From Alkanindiges illinoisensis DSM 15370 (lineage in GTDB: Bacteria > Pseudomonadota > Gammaproteobacteria > Pseudomonadales > Moraxellaceae): 32,000 nucleotides of DNA. The stretch covers positions 1,660,064 to 1,692,063 of the forward strand of contig NZ_JHUX01000003.1 of NCBI RefSeq assembly GCF_000619845.1, written 5' to 3'. The translations under genes and the position numbers were made by a program. Positions 8,493 through 18,009 of the stretch are shown piece by piece (within the stretch, counting starts at the first letter, position 1; every line of letters begins with the position of its first letter). The notes under the pieces are model-generated. The model was not told where the DNA came from. It made no database searches and saw only the letters and a program-made list of their open reading frames with translations.

Positions 8493-9617
8493 TTATTGTC
8501 CTTTTCGCTGGCTGTTTAGTTTTGACAACAGGCCTGAATGTGATATGACGTTTGAAACCGTCTGCTGTGCCATGAGTTTCAGGCAACGCACATGCAGCGC
8601 ATGCACAATCAGCCAGAAATTCTTAAAGGCCGGATTGCGGGTTTGCTTGTGGTAATAACGGTAATAAATCTGCTGCGCAATCACCGCTAGGCGGAACATG
8701 CCAAACACCTCATAAAATGTCCAGTTGCTGGTGTGCATGCCGGTTTTATCAAGGTAATACTGCACTACTTCCTTGCGGCTAAACATGCCGGGTAAATGAG
8801 TTGGCTGGCGGCGCATAGCGCGCAAAATCATGTTGTCATCCGGTTGTACCCAGTAGGCCAGTGCACTGCCCAGATCCATTAGCGGATCGCCAAGGGTCGC
8901 CATTTCCCAGTCAAGCACGCCAATTACCCGCATGGGTTCTTGCGGGTCTAAAATCACATTGTCAAAGCGCCAGTCATTGTGAATCACGCAGGTTTTACTA
9001 TCAGCGGGCAGGTTGCTTTTGAGCCAGCGCCGCACCAGCTTGAAACTGGGCACATTAATAGTGCGGGCTTTTTCGTAACGTTTGTCCCAACCTTCTATCT
9101 GACGCTGGCAATAGCCCTCGCCCTTACCAAGCGTTTCCAGCGCAGTGCCGTGATAATCGACCTGATGCAAATCAATCAGTGCATCCAGCACGTTGATACA
9201 GAGCTGCCGAACCTCAGTTTTGCCAAAGTTGATTTCCTTGGGCAAATTGGCACGCGGAATAATGCCTGCCACCCGCTGCATCACATAAAAATCACAGCCC
9301 AGCACTGATTCATCAGTACACAGTGCCACCATGTCCGGCACCAGTGGATAGGCGGGCTTAAGAGCTTTTTGTACCGTGTATTCACGCACCATGTCATGCG
9401 CGGACTTGGCCTTGGTACCTGCCGGTGGACGACGCAGGATCAAATCCTGATTGTCATATTCAATCCGGTACGTCCAGTTGGATGCACCGCCAGAATACTG
9501 GGTCACCCGCGCATTGCCCTGCAAGTCTAATCCCTGAGCGCTTAACCACTGCTCCACTGCGGCAATATCCAGCTCCTCGCCACTACGGACTGTGCCGCCA
9601 ATATCAATCACTGACAT
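8493..9617 (-). CDS. Phosphotransferase (APH/choline-kinase fold) family protein, ACAD-associated type
   Basis: Brenner motif 'VIHNDWRFDNVIL' (HxDxxxxN) and 'VLDWEMATLGDP'. It sits 23 bp downstream of the acyl-CoA dehydrogenase gene. Confidence 0.85.
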   Translation of the reverse strand: MSVIDIGGTVRSGEELDIAAVEQWLSAQGLDLQGNARVTQYSGGASNWTYRIEYDNQDLILRRPPAGTKAKSAHDMVREYTVQKALKPAYPLVPDMVALCTDESVLGCDFYVMQRVAGIIPRANLPKEINFGKTEVRQLCINVLDALIDLHQVDYHGTALETLGKGEGYCQRQIEGWDKRYEKARTINVPSFKLVRRWLKSNLPADSKTCVIHNDWRFDNVILDPQEPMRVIGVLDWEMATLGDPLMDLGSALAYWVQPDDNMILRAMRRQPTHLPGMFSRKEVVQYYLDKTGMHTSNWTFYEVFGMFRLAVIAQQIYYRYYHKQTRNPAFKNFWLIVHALHVRCLKLMAQQTVSNVISHSGLLSKLNSQRKGQ

Positions 9618-9640
9618 CTTGTTATCCCTATTCTTTCATC

Positions 9641-10882
9641 TTATTTGGAACGTCTGGAATAGCCGCGTTTGGCCAGTTCAATGCGGGCAATCACGCCCTT
9701 ATGCACTTCATCCGGGCCATCCGCCAACCGCAAGCTACGCGCCTGTGCAAAAAATCCGGTCAGTGGCGTATCGCGTGACATGCCTGCCCCGCCATGGATT
9801 TGCATCGCCATGTCCACTACTTTTTCCAGCACATTTGGCGCAACCACCTTGATGGCTGAAATTTCAGTCATGGCTGCCATATTGCCAAAATTGTCCATTT
9901 TCCACGCCGCATATAAGGTAAGTAAACGAGCCTGATCAATGGCAATGCGGGCTTCAGCCAATTTTTCGCGATTGCCGCCCAGATTTAAAATGGGCTTACC
10001 AAAAGCCACCCGGTTCATGCCACGGTCAATCATCAGTTCCAGCGATTTTTCTGCCGCGCCAATGCAGCGCATGCAATGGTGAATGCGGCCCGGCCCAAGG
10101 CGACCTTGTGCAATGGCAAAGCCTTCACCCGGCCCGCCAATAAAATTGGCCACTGGCACACGCACACTGTCAAAACTCACCTCGCCATGGCCATGTGGTG
10201 CATCATAATCACCAAATACCGGCAGCATGCGCTCAATGGTCACGCCCGGTGTATTGACTGGCACCAGTACCATGGAATGCTGATGATGGCGATCCTTGCT
10301 GTCATCGGGTGTATGTGCCATAAAAATAATAATGCGCGCATTGGGATCACCCAACCCTGATGACCACCACTTGCGGCCATTCAGTACAATCTCATCGCCT
10401 TCAACAACGGCAGTAGCCTGCATGTTGGTGGCATCGCTGGATGCAACGGCAGGTTCAGTCATGCAAAATACCGAACGGATGTCGCCAGCCAGCAGCGGCA
10501 TCAGCCATTGCTGTTTTTGCGCCTCAGAACCATAGCGCCACAGCACCTCCATGTTTCCTGTATCGGGCGCATTACAGTTAAACACCGTGGGCGCAATCAG
10601 GCTGCGTCCGGTTTGCTCGGCAATGTGCGCGTACTCCTGAATAGTCAAGCCGGCGCCCAGCGTGTCATCCGGCAAAAACATATTCCATAGACCCGCTGCT
10701 TTAGCCTTGGCTTTAAGGTCTTCCAGCACGCTCGGCCATTGCCACGTGGTCCAGTCACCGCCAATGTTGGTGCTGTGGACTTCGTGCCAAAAATCCGCTT
10801 CGATGGGTTCAATATGTTGCTGAATAAATTGTCTGGTTTTTTCCAGATATTGCTGCCCGCGCTGGCTAAGTTCAAAGTTCAT
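9641..10882 (-). CDS. Acyl-CoA dehydrogenase, FadE2/ACAD10-ACAD11-like subfamily
   Basis: 'FCMTEPAVASSDATN' ACAD signature and C-terminal 'LRLADGPDEVH', which from memory is characteristic of the FadE2/ACAD10-11 group. AAAGGA RBS. Confidence 0.9.
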   Translation of the reverse strand: MNFELSQRGQQYLEKTRQFIQQHIEPIEADFWHEVHSTNIGGDWTTWQWPSVLEDLKAKAKAAGLWNMFLPDDTLGAGLTIQEYAHIAEQTGRSLIAPTVFNCNAPDTGNMEVLWRYGSEAQKQQWLMPLLAGDIRSVFCMTEPAVASSDATNMQATAVVEGDEIVLNGRKWWSSGLGDPNARIIIFMAHTPDDSKDRHHQHSMVLVPVNTPGVTIERMLPVFGDYDAPHGHGEVSFDSVRVPVANFIGGPGEGFAIAQGRLGPGRIHHCMRCIGAAEKSLELMIDRGMNRVAFGKPILNLGGNREKLAEARIAIDQARLLTLYAAWKMDNFGNMAAMTEISAIKVVAPNVLEKVVDMAMQIHGGAGMSRDTPLTGFFAQARSLRLADGPDEVHKGVIARIELAKRGYSRRSK

Positions 10883-10997
10883 ATAAGCTGTCCTTTCTGT
10901 GCGGTGATGCTGTTTATGGCATGGTTTTTTCTATCGACTGGCTTAAATCTAATGAGTTTTATACAATGAATAAAATGAATTATTTTAATTTTATAGT

Positions 10998-12026
10998 ATG
11001 AATACTGTGCATGATTATCCCTTACTGAATAGTAATTCCCAAAATAGCAGCTTGCCAAATGACAGCACGTCAAACCACAACGTCACGCCAAGCCGTAATC
11101 CATTAAGCCGGATGGACTTAAACCTGTTTCGTATTTTTGCCGTGGTTTACCGTGAGCGTAACCTGACCCGCGCTGCCGAACAGTTGTTTTTAAGTCAATC
11201 TGCCGTTAGCCATGCGCTGGGACGCATGCGCGAGCAACTGGATGATCCACTATTTATACGTGAAGGCCACGGCGTGTGCCCAACCCCACTGGCAAACCGT
11301 TTGTGGCCAGACATTGAACAGGCACTCCTATTGCTTCAGCAAGCCATGCAGCGCTCGACATCATTTGAGGCCAGCCGCGACATCAAGCAGCTGACCATTG
11401 CCATGAATGATGAAATTGAACCTGTGTTTTTGCCACAAATCGTGCAATGGTTTCAGCAGCAAGTGCCGCAAATCCAGCTTCATAGTGTACGGATTGACCG
11501 GCAAACCCTGCGCAGCGATTTAAGCAGCGGACGCATTGATCTGGCGATTGATATTGCCCAGCCCAGTGAGCGCGACATTGCCCACCAGTTGCTGCTGCGT
11601 GATGAATTTGTGGTGTTGAGTCGTCCCGAACATCCATTGGCACAAGCGGGTCTTAATGCGGAAACTGCGGCCAGTCACTATATTCAGGCTGAACATATTG
11701 CCGTGTCTGCCCGGCGTACTGGGCGTGCGGTAGAGGATTTTTTGTTTGCCAAACAAGGGATTGAAAGGCAGATTAAAATACGCTGCCAGCAGTATGAATC
11801 GGCAGGCCGTATTGTGCAAAGCAGTGCCTTATTGCTAACCATGCCGCGCAGTCTGGCGCATCAGGTGGCTGAACATCTGGAGATTCAGATTTTGCCGCTA
11901 CCCATTGCCATTGAAGACCTTGAGTTGCATTTGTACTGGGATATGGGCAAAAATCTGGAGCAGCAAACCCTGTGGTTTCGCCAGCAGCTGATGGCGCTGC
12001 TCAATACCCAACAGTCCGTTGAATGA
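10998..12026 (+). CDS. LysR-family transcriptional regulator, divergent from the ACAD operon
   Basis: HTH 'LNLFRIFAVVYRERNLTRAAEQLFLSQSAVSHALGRMREQL' followed by a LysR substrate-binding domain. Start is uncertain. The canonical N-terminus would be the ATG at 11112 (MDLNLF...). The 38-aa Asn/Ser-rich extension from 10998 lies in AT-rich promoter-like DNA. Confidence 0.85.
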   Translation: MNTVHDYPLLNSNSQNSSLPNDSTSNHNVTPSRNPLSRMDLNLFRIFAVVYRERNLTRAAEQLFLSQSAVSHALGRMREQLDDPLFIREGHGVCPTPLANRLWPDIEQALLLLQQAMQRSTSFEASRDIKQLTIAMNDEIEPVFLPQIVQWFQQQVPQIQLHSVRIDRQTLRSDLSSGRIDLAIDIAQPSERDIAHQLLLRDEFVVLSRPEHPLAQAGLNAETAASHYIQAEHIAVSARRTGRAVEDFLFAKQGIERQIKIRCQQYESAGRIVQSSALLLTMPRSLAHQVAEHLEIQILPLPIAIEDLELHLYWDMGKNLEQQTLWFRQQLMALLNTQQSVE

Positions 12027-12059
12027 ATAATCCGCTTAAGCCTGCTGGACTAAACAGGC

Positions 12060-12995
12060 TTAAACACTGATTTTGGGCTTGGGCATGCTTTGCATAATCT
12101 GACTATGCGCTGGCACATCATGGGTAAGCCACACATTGCCACCAATTACCGAACCCTTGCCAATCGTAACCCGGCCTAAAATCGTGGCGCCAGCATAAAT
12201 CACCACATCGTCTTCAACTACCGGATGACGGGCATAATCCTTTTGCAGGTGGCCTGCCTCGTCCACTTCAAAGCGTTTGGCTCCCAAAGTGACTGCCTGA
12301 TAAATGCGTACCCGCTCGCCAATAATACAGGTTTCACCAATCACCACGCCCGTACCATGATCAATAAAAAAACTTTTGCCAATTTGCGCACCCGGATGAA
12401 TATCAATACCAGTGGCTGAGTGTGCCAGCTCGGCAATCATGCGTGCCAGCAGCGGGATATTGTTCTGGTACAGCACATGCGCTAGCCGGTGATAAGTAAT
12501 TGCCAGCATTCCCGGATAGCATAGCAATACTTCGTCAACACTGCGCGCGGCTGGGTCGCCCTCGTAGGCAGCCTGTACATCACTATCCAGCAGACGACGG
12601 ATATCCGGCAAGGCATTGGCAAAAGTTTGTACCACGCTGCTGGCCTGTTGCTGGATGATGGCCGGATCAGGCTGGTGATTACTGTCACGGATAGTGGCTG
12701 AAATTCGGTAGCGCGCTTCATAGCTGAGTGTCAGGCGTACCTGCTCATACAGTGCCGACAATACCTTGTCGAGCGTAAAGGCAATGTAGACATCCTCGCC
12801 TTCTTGCCGCAAGTCTGCCGGGCCAAGTCGCATGGGAAACAAAATACCGCACAGGTCATCAACAATGGCTTTTAAGGTTTCTTTTGATGGCAATTCACGG
12901 CCACCAAACTCCTTGGGACGATGCTGTGACTCACGCCAGTCATGGCGCGCCTGTTGCAAGCCCAGCACAATATTGTCAATTTTCCAGTTTGCCAC
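12060..12995 (-). CDS. Serine O-acetyltransferase, long (about 310 aa, EpsC/CysE-like) form
   Basis: Left-handed beta-helix hexapeptide region 'DIHPGAQIGKSFFIDHGTGVVIGETCIIGERVRIYQAVTLG ... VVEDDVVIYAGATILGRVTIGKGSVIGGNVW'. GTG start with a GAGGTAG RBS. Confidence 0.85.
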   Translation of the reverse strand: MANWKIDNIVLGLQQARHDWRESQHRPKEFGGRELPSKETLKAIVDDLCGILFPMRLGPADLRQEGEDVYIAFTLDKVLSALYEQVRLTLSYEARYRISATIRDSNHQPDPAIIQQQASSVVQTFANALPDIRRLLDSDVQAAYEGDPAARSVDEVLLCYPGMLAITYHRLAHVLYQNNIPLLARMIAELAHSATGIDIHPGAQIGKSFFIDHGTGVVIGETCIIGERVRIYQAVTLGAKRFEVDEAGHLQKDYARHPVVEDDVVIYAGATILGRVTIGKGSVIGGNVWLTHDVPAHSQIMQSMPKPKISV

Positions 12996-13551
12996 TGCAA
13001 CTACCTCAAAAAATCAGCACCCGAAATCTGGCCTCTAAAACTTAAAAATTTCAGGCTATATTTATTTAATGAACACGCTATTAAATCGCGCCTGCCCCCT
13101 ATTCCTGCAAGTTCATTTGTGTAGTAAAGCTGCTATGAAACAGCATATTGTGTAAATACGATTTGCGGAATAAAGCAATTTGGTGACTCTAAATAAAATC
13201 TGAATAAAAAATGCCTGACAGCAAATAGCAGCGAAATAGGAAAAATTAAGGCCTACCTTTTGGCTAAACCGCTTTTCAGATTGCTTTTAACGAGCTGCTG
13301 TTAATGGGCTGATCTTGATAGGCTCATATCAGCGCATAACGTGACAGTTTAAAAGAAGAAGCTCATATGGGGAAATCATAAAAAATGCCAAGCATATTCC
13401 GTTTAATGCAGAGCCAGTGCCTGTTTAAAACCAGTTTTCTTGGCTAACAAGCTTCGGCGCCCTAATATTGATCAGCTAGCATTAACCAGCTCGCATCAAC
13501 CAGTTAACAGGGGCTAACTAAGCCGACAAATCAGTCAATACTCACTAAAGC

Positions 13552-13809
13552 TTATGGCTGCTCAGCCTGGCTTTTTTCATATTCGGCCACAGGATCAGTG
13601 GCTGCAATGGCTGCGGCCTGTTTGGCCTTGGCTTCACTTTGCAGCGCCATATTGGTAATGGTTGCATGATCCGGGCCAGCAACGGGTGTAGCTGGTGTGG
13701 TAGCAGCCGGATTCTGTACAGTGGCTGGTGCAGGTTGCTGATTAAAACTTTTTGAAAACAAAAACCCTAATCCACCAATAATTAATAAAATAATAATCAG
13801 TCTGCGCAT
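13552..13809 (-). CDS. Small membrane-anchored Ala/Pro-rich hypothetical protein (85 aa)
   Basis: 'MRRLIIILLIIGGLGFLF' is an N-terminal anchor or signal, followed by a low-complexity tail. ATG at 13809 has GGAAAA 9-14 nt upstream. The six-frame ORF extends to 13932, but that part has no RBS and looks non-coding. Confidence 0.45.
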   Translation of the reverse strand: MRRLIIILLIIGGLGFLFSKSFNQQPAPATVQNPAATTPATPVAGPDHATITNMALQSEAKAKQAAAIAATDPVAEYEKSQAEQP

Positions 13810-14114
13810 TGCTGTTTTTTCCGTATTACTGGTTATCATGGTGCAGTAATTATGCGCTTTTTTTATTAAAAAGACATAAAACCACAGAATTTTCATCGGC
13901 AAAGCCAACAACATTTTGCCTGAATAAGTCATTTATATTCTTTAGAAAGATAAACCAAAGTACTATGTTTAAATCCTAACGCTGCCTTAATTAATTATTT
14001 TTAAAATACAGTTCTGGTAGCAGCGCTGTCATTAAAATGAACTGGATAGCGCTGCTCATTCGATTATTAAAATCTTAAAAGACTAACGATTAAACGGACG
14101 TATGTTTAAACCTG

Positions 14115-14912
14115 TCAGTTTTTAAAGGGATTAAGACGGTTACCCAAGTGATATTGCAGGCTAATCGGTAATGGTCGCACGCTGCTGGCAATCAGCTTGT
14201 TTATAGTGCCGGGTACACACACTGGCTTGCCCTTCATCACTGCTGCCCAGCCTTCGCGCACTACCTCTTCTGGCTGCTGCCACAAAATATCCGGCAACTT
14301 GCTGGCCTGATTGCGCGTGCCCATGATGTCGTGAAATTCACTGTGGGTAAAACCCGGGCATAAGGCAGTCACATGAATGCCCTGCGGTTTGAGCTCCATG
14401 TCCAGCGACTGTGAAATATCCAGCACATAGCTTTTAATCCCGGTGTACAGCAGGCTGGCACCCGGTGGTGAAAACGCAGCAACCGATGACAGATTGATAA
14501 TACGGCCCCAGCCTTTGCTGCGCATGTTTGGAATGACCCGGTGACACAACTCGGTTACTGCGGTCACCATCAGCTGAATTTCAGCCGCCAATGTCGCCCA
14601 TGGCGTATCAGCAAAGGCATCTTTGCCAGATAACCCGGCATTGTTAATCAGCACATCAATACGAATCCCCTGCGCTTGTGCATAGGCCATGATGTCAGCA
14701 GGGGCGCTGGTCAGTGTCAAATCGGCAGCAAAAATATCACACTGGATGCCATACTGGCTGGTGAGTTCTGCGGCCAGCGTTTCAAGTCGTTCAGCCCGGC
14801 GGGCAACCAATAACAGGTCATAGCCTTCACTGGCCAGAAAACGCGCAAAAGTCGCGCCAATCCCTGCTGAAGCGCCAGTAATTAATGCAGTACGGTTTTG
14901 TTTTTTCATCAT
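14115..14912 (-). CDS. SDR-family oxidoreductase
   Basis: 'ALITGASAGIGATFA', 'NNAG', 'YTGIKSY' (YxxxK). The six-frame ORF begins at a GTG (14921). ATG at 14912 is preceded by GAGA and is the likelier start. Confidence 0.9.
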   Translation of the reverse strand: MMKKQNRTALITGASAGIGATFARFLASEGYDLLLVARRAERLETLAAELTSQYGIQCDIFAADLTLTSAPADIMAYAQAQGIRIDVLINNAGLSGKDAFADTPWATLAAEIQLMVTAVTELCHRVIPNMRSKGWGRIINLSSVAAFSPPGASLLYTGIKSYVLDISQSLDMELKPQGIHVTALCPGFTHSEFHDIMGTRNQASKLPDILWQQPEEVVREGWAAVMKGKPVCVPGTINKLIASSVRPLPISLQYHLGNRLNPFKN

Positions 14913-14929
14913 GTTTCTCACTGGTATGA

Positions 14930-15493
14930 TTAAGTTAAAGCTGGAATTTGAGCGCTGCTCACCTCAAAACCACGGCGGCTACGACCAATGTCACCACGGT
15001 AGCCATGATGCGGGCCTTGCAATAAAAACGGATACGGAATCTGGCACTGTTTCTTGTTAAACCCCCAGGTGCCAATGCCCAGATAACGTCCATCATCCAG
15101 TCGGCGGATTTCATCCACCATGTTGATGGCACCGCACAGCGAATGAAAATAGCGGTACACCAGTTGATAGGCAGGCTGCCCGTCAAAACGTGAGGGTGCA
15201 ATCAGGGTGTGCATGGGATAAAGCTGGATGGTCTTGCGGCCCAGCAAAAAGGTGTTGTAGCCACGGCCTGTATGCTGGTCGACTGGACGAAATGCCTTGG
15301 ATTGCCATGGCAATAGCGGATTAGTCAGGCTTAAGCCTGCAAGGGTGGCCAGTGGATTGGGCTGGTTTAGCATGCTGGCAGCATATTCACCATGCATTTC
15401 CTCAATGGTGGGTGCCTGCAAGGTGGAAAACAGTGCCACCAGCTGATCGGTGGAAAGCTGATGTACATCAATTAATCTGCTGTTGTTATTCAT
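14930..15493 (-). CDS. Hypothetical protein, possibly a degenerate GXWXG/DUF4334-like family member
   Basis: The ORF lies upstream of the SDR with an 8-17 bp gap, depending on which SDR start is used. 'LFSTLQAPTIEEMHGEYAAS' and 'VDEIRRLDDGRYLGIG' loosely resemble that family (memory only). Preferred start is ATG 15493 (GGGAAA upstream). The alternative ATG at 15529 lies inside the operator palindrome. Confidence 0.55.
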   Translation of the reverse strand: MNNNSRLIDVHQLSTDQLVALFSTLQAPTIEEMHGEYAASMLNQPNPLATLAGLSLTNPLLPWQSKAFRPVDQHTGRGYNTFLLGRKTIQLYPMHTLIAPSRFDGQPAYQLVYRYFHSLCGAINMVDEIRRLDDGRYLGIGTWGFNKKQCQIPYPFLLQGPHHGYRGDIGRSRRGFEVSSAQIPALT

Positions 15494-15514
15494 GGATTTC
15501 CCAAACTGGTTATT

Positions 15515-15537
15515 TATCTTGAACGTCATTCAAGATA
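15515..15537. promoter_or_regulatory. Perfect palindrome TATCTTGAA-cgtca-TTCAAGATA; candidate TetR operator in the divergent intergenic region
   Basis: 9-bp arms with a 5-bp spacer, read directly from the sequence. It sits between the TetR gene (start 15691) and the divergent hypothetical/SDR operon. Confidence 0.55.
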
Positions 15538-15690
15538 TAATACTAGCCAGCTTAATGTAGGGCTGTCAAGCTACTTTGGATCGTTGTCACTGTCTGTTTG
15601 GCAAGAGCAATTTATTGACAGTTTGAATAGTTAAGACCGGATTTTGGTTTAGGCTTTGATTTAAACCTTGATTTAACTACAGGAGGCCTG

Positions 15691-16254
15691 ATGCCACGCA
15701 ATAACCGCACGCAGGATCGGGAAGAAAAGCGTAACCTGATTATTGACGCTGCACAGCAATTATTTCTGCGCGAGGGTTACGAGGCCACCTCAATGACCCG
15801 GCTGGCCAATGCGGCCAGTATTGCCCCCAACACCATTTACTGGTATTTCAAGGATAAGGATGATGTGCTGATTGCGGTGCTGGACCGGGAATTGGCAGCA
15901 CGTCTGGCAGATTACCTAAAGCAGTCATTTACCGACATGGCTGCGCGCTTATTGTGGGTAGTCCATCAACTGGAACTGGTCAGCCCACTGGTGAGCACAG
16001 TACATGCCCGTGCCCTGCTGGCCCCGGCCATTCAGGTCTGGCATGAGCAGTTTCATCGCCTGATTGAAGCAATGCTGCGCGTGGAGCTTGAGGCCGCAGG
16101 AATTTCTGCAAATCACCTTGAGGCTGTGATGAACATTTGGGTATTTACTATTGAAGGCCTGCTCACCCATCCCCTAAGCGCCAGCCAGAAACAGCAAATT
16201 TGCCAAACCCTGAGTCTTGGTATTCCGCAACAGGCCAGTGCCCGTAATGATTAA
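15691..16254 (+). CDS. TetR/AcrR-family transcriptional regulator
   Basis: N-terminal HTH 'GYEATSMTRLANAASIAPNTIYWYFKDKDDVL'. AGGAGG RBS. Confidence 0.9.
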   Translation: MPRNNRTQDREEKRNLIIDAAQQLFLREGYEATSMTRLANAASIAPNTIYWYFKDKDDVLIAVLDRELAARLADYLKQSFTDMAARLLWVVHQLELVSPLVSTVHARALLAPAIQVWHEQFHRLIEAMLRVELEAAGISANHLEAVMNIWVFTIEGLLTHPLSASQKQQICQTLSLGIPQQASARND

Positions 16255-16387
16255 GTCGAAATTCAGTAACCAATTAAATACCTAACCCTTGCGGGCATCT
16301 CTGTAAGAATGCCCATACAAAATTAAGGCCCATCAATCGACAGGCCTTATTGTGTTGCAACAACAACTCATGATTCGTTAAACAGGA

Positions 16388-17953
16388 TTATGAAGCCTGC
16401 TTTGCTGGGTTGGCTACGCTGCTGGTATTGCTATCGCTATTGGCGGCTGCACCATATTGCAGGGTGTAGTCTTCAAGATTCAGGGTTTTCAGTCGGGCTT
16501 TCAGCTTTTTCAGCGACCACGGCCAGGCAGCAAAGTTGCGGCCATTGGCATCCAGATAATAACTCTGGCAGCCGCCCGCATTAAATACCGTAGTTTTCAG
16601 GTGTTTTTGTACCTGCTCGTTGTGGTGTCTTAATACCTGAGGCTTAATCGACAGTTTGCTAATGCCCTGTTGCTTGATCTTGAGCAGGCCATCCACAATG
16701 TAGTCCAACTGGGCTTCTGCCAGTCCAATGAAAGAATCATAGACTAGCACGTTTGGCCCAAGCACCAAAAAGGCATTGGGTACGTTTTCAATGCTGGTGC
16801 CCAGGTAGGCTTCTGGTGATGTGTTTTTCCACAGTTCAGCCAGCACTTCACCTTTTTCATTCTTCACGCGCTTGCCAATTGGCGGATGAGACACCTCAAA
16901 GCCCGTGCCCCAGATAATTACATCTACTTCATGGCGCTCGCCATTGGCAGCCACCACGGTATTGCCCTCAACCTTAACCAGACCATGCGGAATCAGCTTG
17001 GTGTTGGGTTGCTGCAAGGCCGGATAATAGTTGTTGGCAAACAATAGGCGCTTACAGCCAATGGTAAAATTAGGCGTCACATTTTTCAGCAGTTCCGGGT
17101 CTTTTACCTGAGCTTTCAGCACCTGTTTAAAAATTTCACCCACTGGCTTTAGCACGGCTGGATTTCTCAGGCCAAAGTTAATGGCATTAAGTGATTGTGC
17201 CACAGCCTTGCGCCAGCTTTTCTGAATCACCGGATACTTGGCAATAATGGATTTGCTAAATTCACTTAAATCGGTGTCCGGCTTTGGCACTACCCACGGG
17301 GCAGTCCGCTGGAACACATACAGTTCTTTGGCCAGTGGCTGGATTTGTGGCACAAACTGGATGGCAGATGCACCAGTACCAATCACGGCAATGCGCTTGC
17401 CGGTCAGGTCATAGTCATGGTTCCAACGGGCAGAATGGAACATCTCACCGGTAAAGGTTTCAATACCATTGAGTTTTGGAATTTGCGCTTCAGTAATGGG
17501 GCCAGTGGCAAAAATTACTGTTTTGGATAAATACGGCCCGTTAGTGGTTTCCAGTTGCCACACATGCTGGGCTTCATTCCACTCGGCACTTAGCAGCTCA
17601 TTGTTAAATTCAATCAACGAGGTAATGTTGAACTGATTGCTGGTTTCTTCCAGATAATTCAGAATTTCCGGCTGACGAGCAAACAGGTGGCTCCACTTGG
17701 CACTTGGTGCAAAGGAGTAGGAATACAACGATGAAGGTACATCGCAGCCACACCCCGGATAGGTGTTTTCGCGCCAGGTTCCACCTACGCGGCTGGCTTT
17801 TTCAATAATCTTGAAATTGGTGTAGCCTTCCTTGTTTAAGCGGATGGCTGCCGCAATCCCGGAAATGCCGGCACCCACAATAAAGGTGTCATAAATATGC
17901 GCCGGGGTTGCCGTTTTTTTGGCACGGCTGTTTGTTTTTGCTGCTGTTGTCAT
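16388..17953 (-). CDS. Type I Baeyer-Villiger (flavin-containing, NADPH-dependent) monooxygenase
   Basis: FAD site 'FIVGAGISGIAAA'. 'GGTWRENTYPGCGCDVPSSLYSYSF'. BVMO fingerprint FxGxxxHxxxW is present as 'FTGEMFHSARW'. Second Rossmann motif 'VIGTGASAIQ'. Confidence 0.9.
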   Translation of the reverse strand: MTTAAKTNSRAKKTATPAHIYDTFIVGAGISGIAAAIRLNKEGYTNFKIIEKASRVGGTWRENTYPGCGCDVPSSLYSYSFAPSAKWSHLFARQPEILNYLEETSNQFNITSLIEFNNELLSAEWNEAQHVWQLETTNGPYLSKTVIFATGPITEAQIPKLNGIETFTGEMFHSARWNHDYDLTGKRIAVIGTGASAIQFVPQIQPLAKELYVFQRTAPWVVPKPDTDLSEFSKSIIAKYPVIQKSWRKAVAQSLNAINFGLRNPAVLKPVGEIFKQVLKAQVKDPELLKNVTPNFTIGCKRLLFANNYYPALQQPNTKLIPHGLVKVEGNTVVAANGERHEVDVIIWGTGFEVSHPPIGKRVKNEKGEVLAELWKNTSPEAYLGTSIENVPNAFLVLGPNVLVYDSFIGLAEAQLDYIVDGLLKIKQQGISKLSIKPQVLRHHNEQVQKHLKTTVFNAGGCQSYYLDANGRNFAAWPWSLKKLKARLKTLNLEDYTLQYGAAANSDSNTSSVANPAKQAS

Positions 17954-18009
17954 GAAAAAACCTACCTCTAAATTGGTGAATTACACAGACGCTGTCTTAA
18001 ACAGCCTGC

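Noticed and set aside
9425-10969. Multiple 60-117-aa ORFs overlapping the kinase and ACAD genes and the ACAD/LysR intergenic region
   Set aside because: They overlap strongly supported genes or AT-rich promoter DNA. They have no RBS and no motifs.
13810-13932. 5' extension of the small-protein ORF (MTYSGKMLLALPMKILWFYVFLIKKAHNYCT...)
   Set aside because: The stretch is AT-rich and has no RBS at 13932 or 13839. The downstream ATG at 13809 gives a canonical basic-hydrophobic N-terminus with an upstream purine-rich tract.
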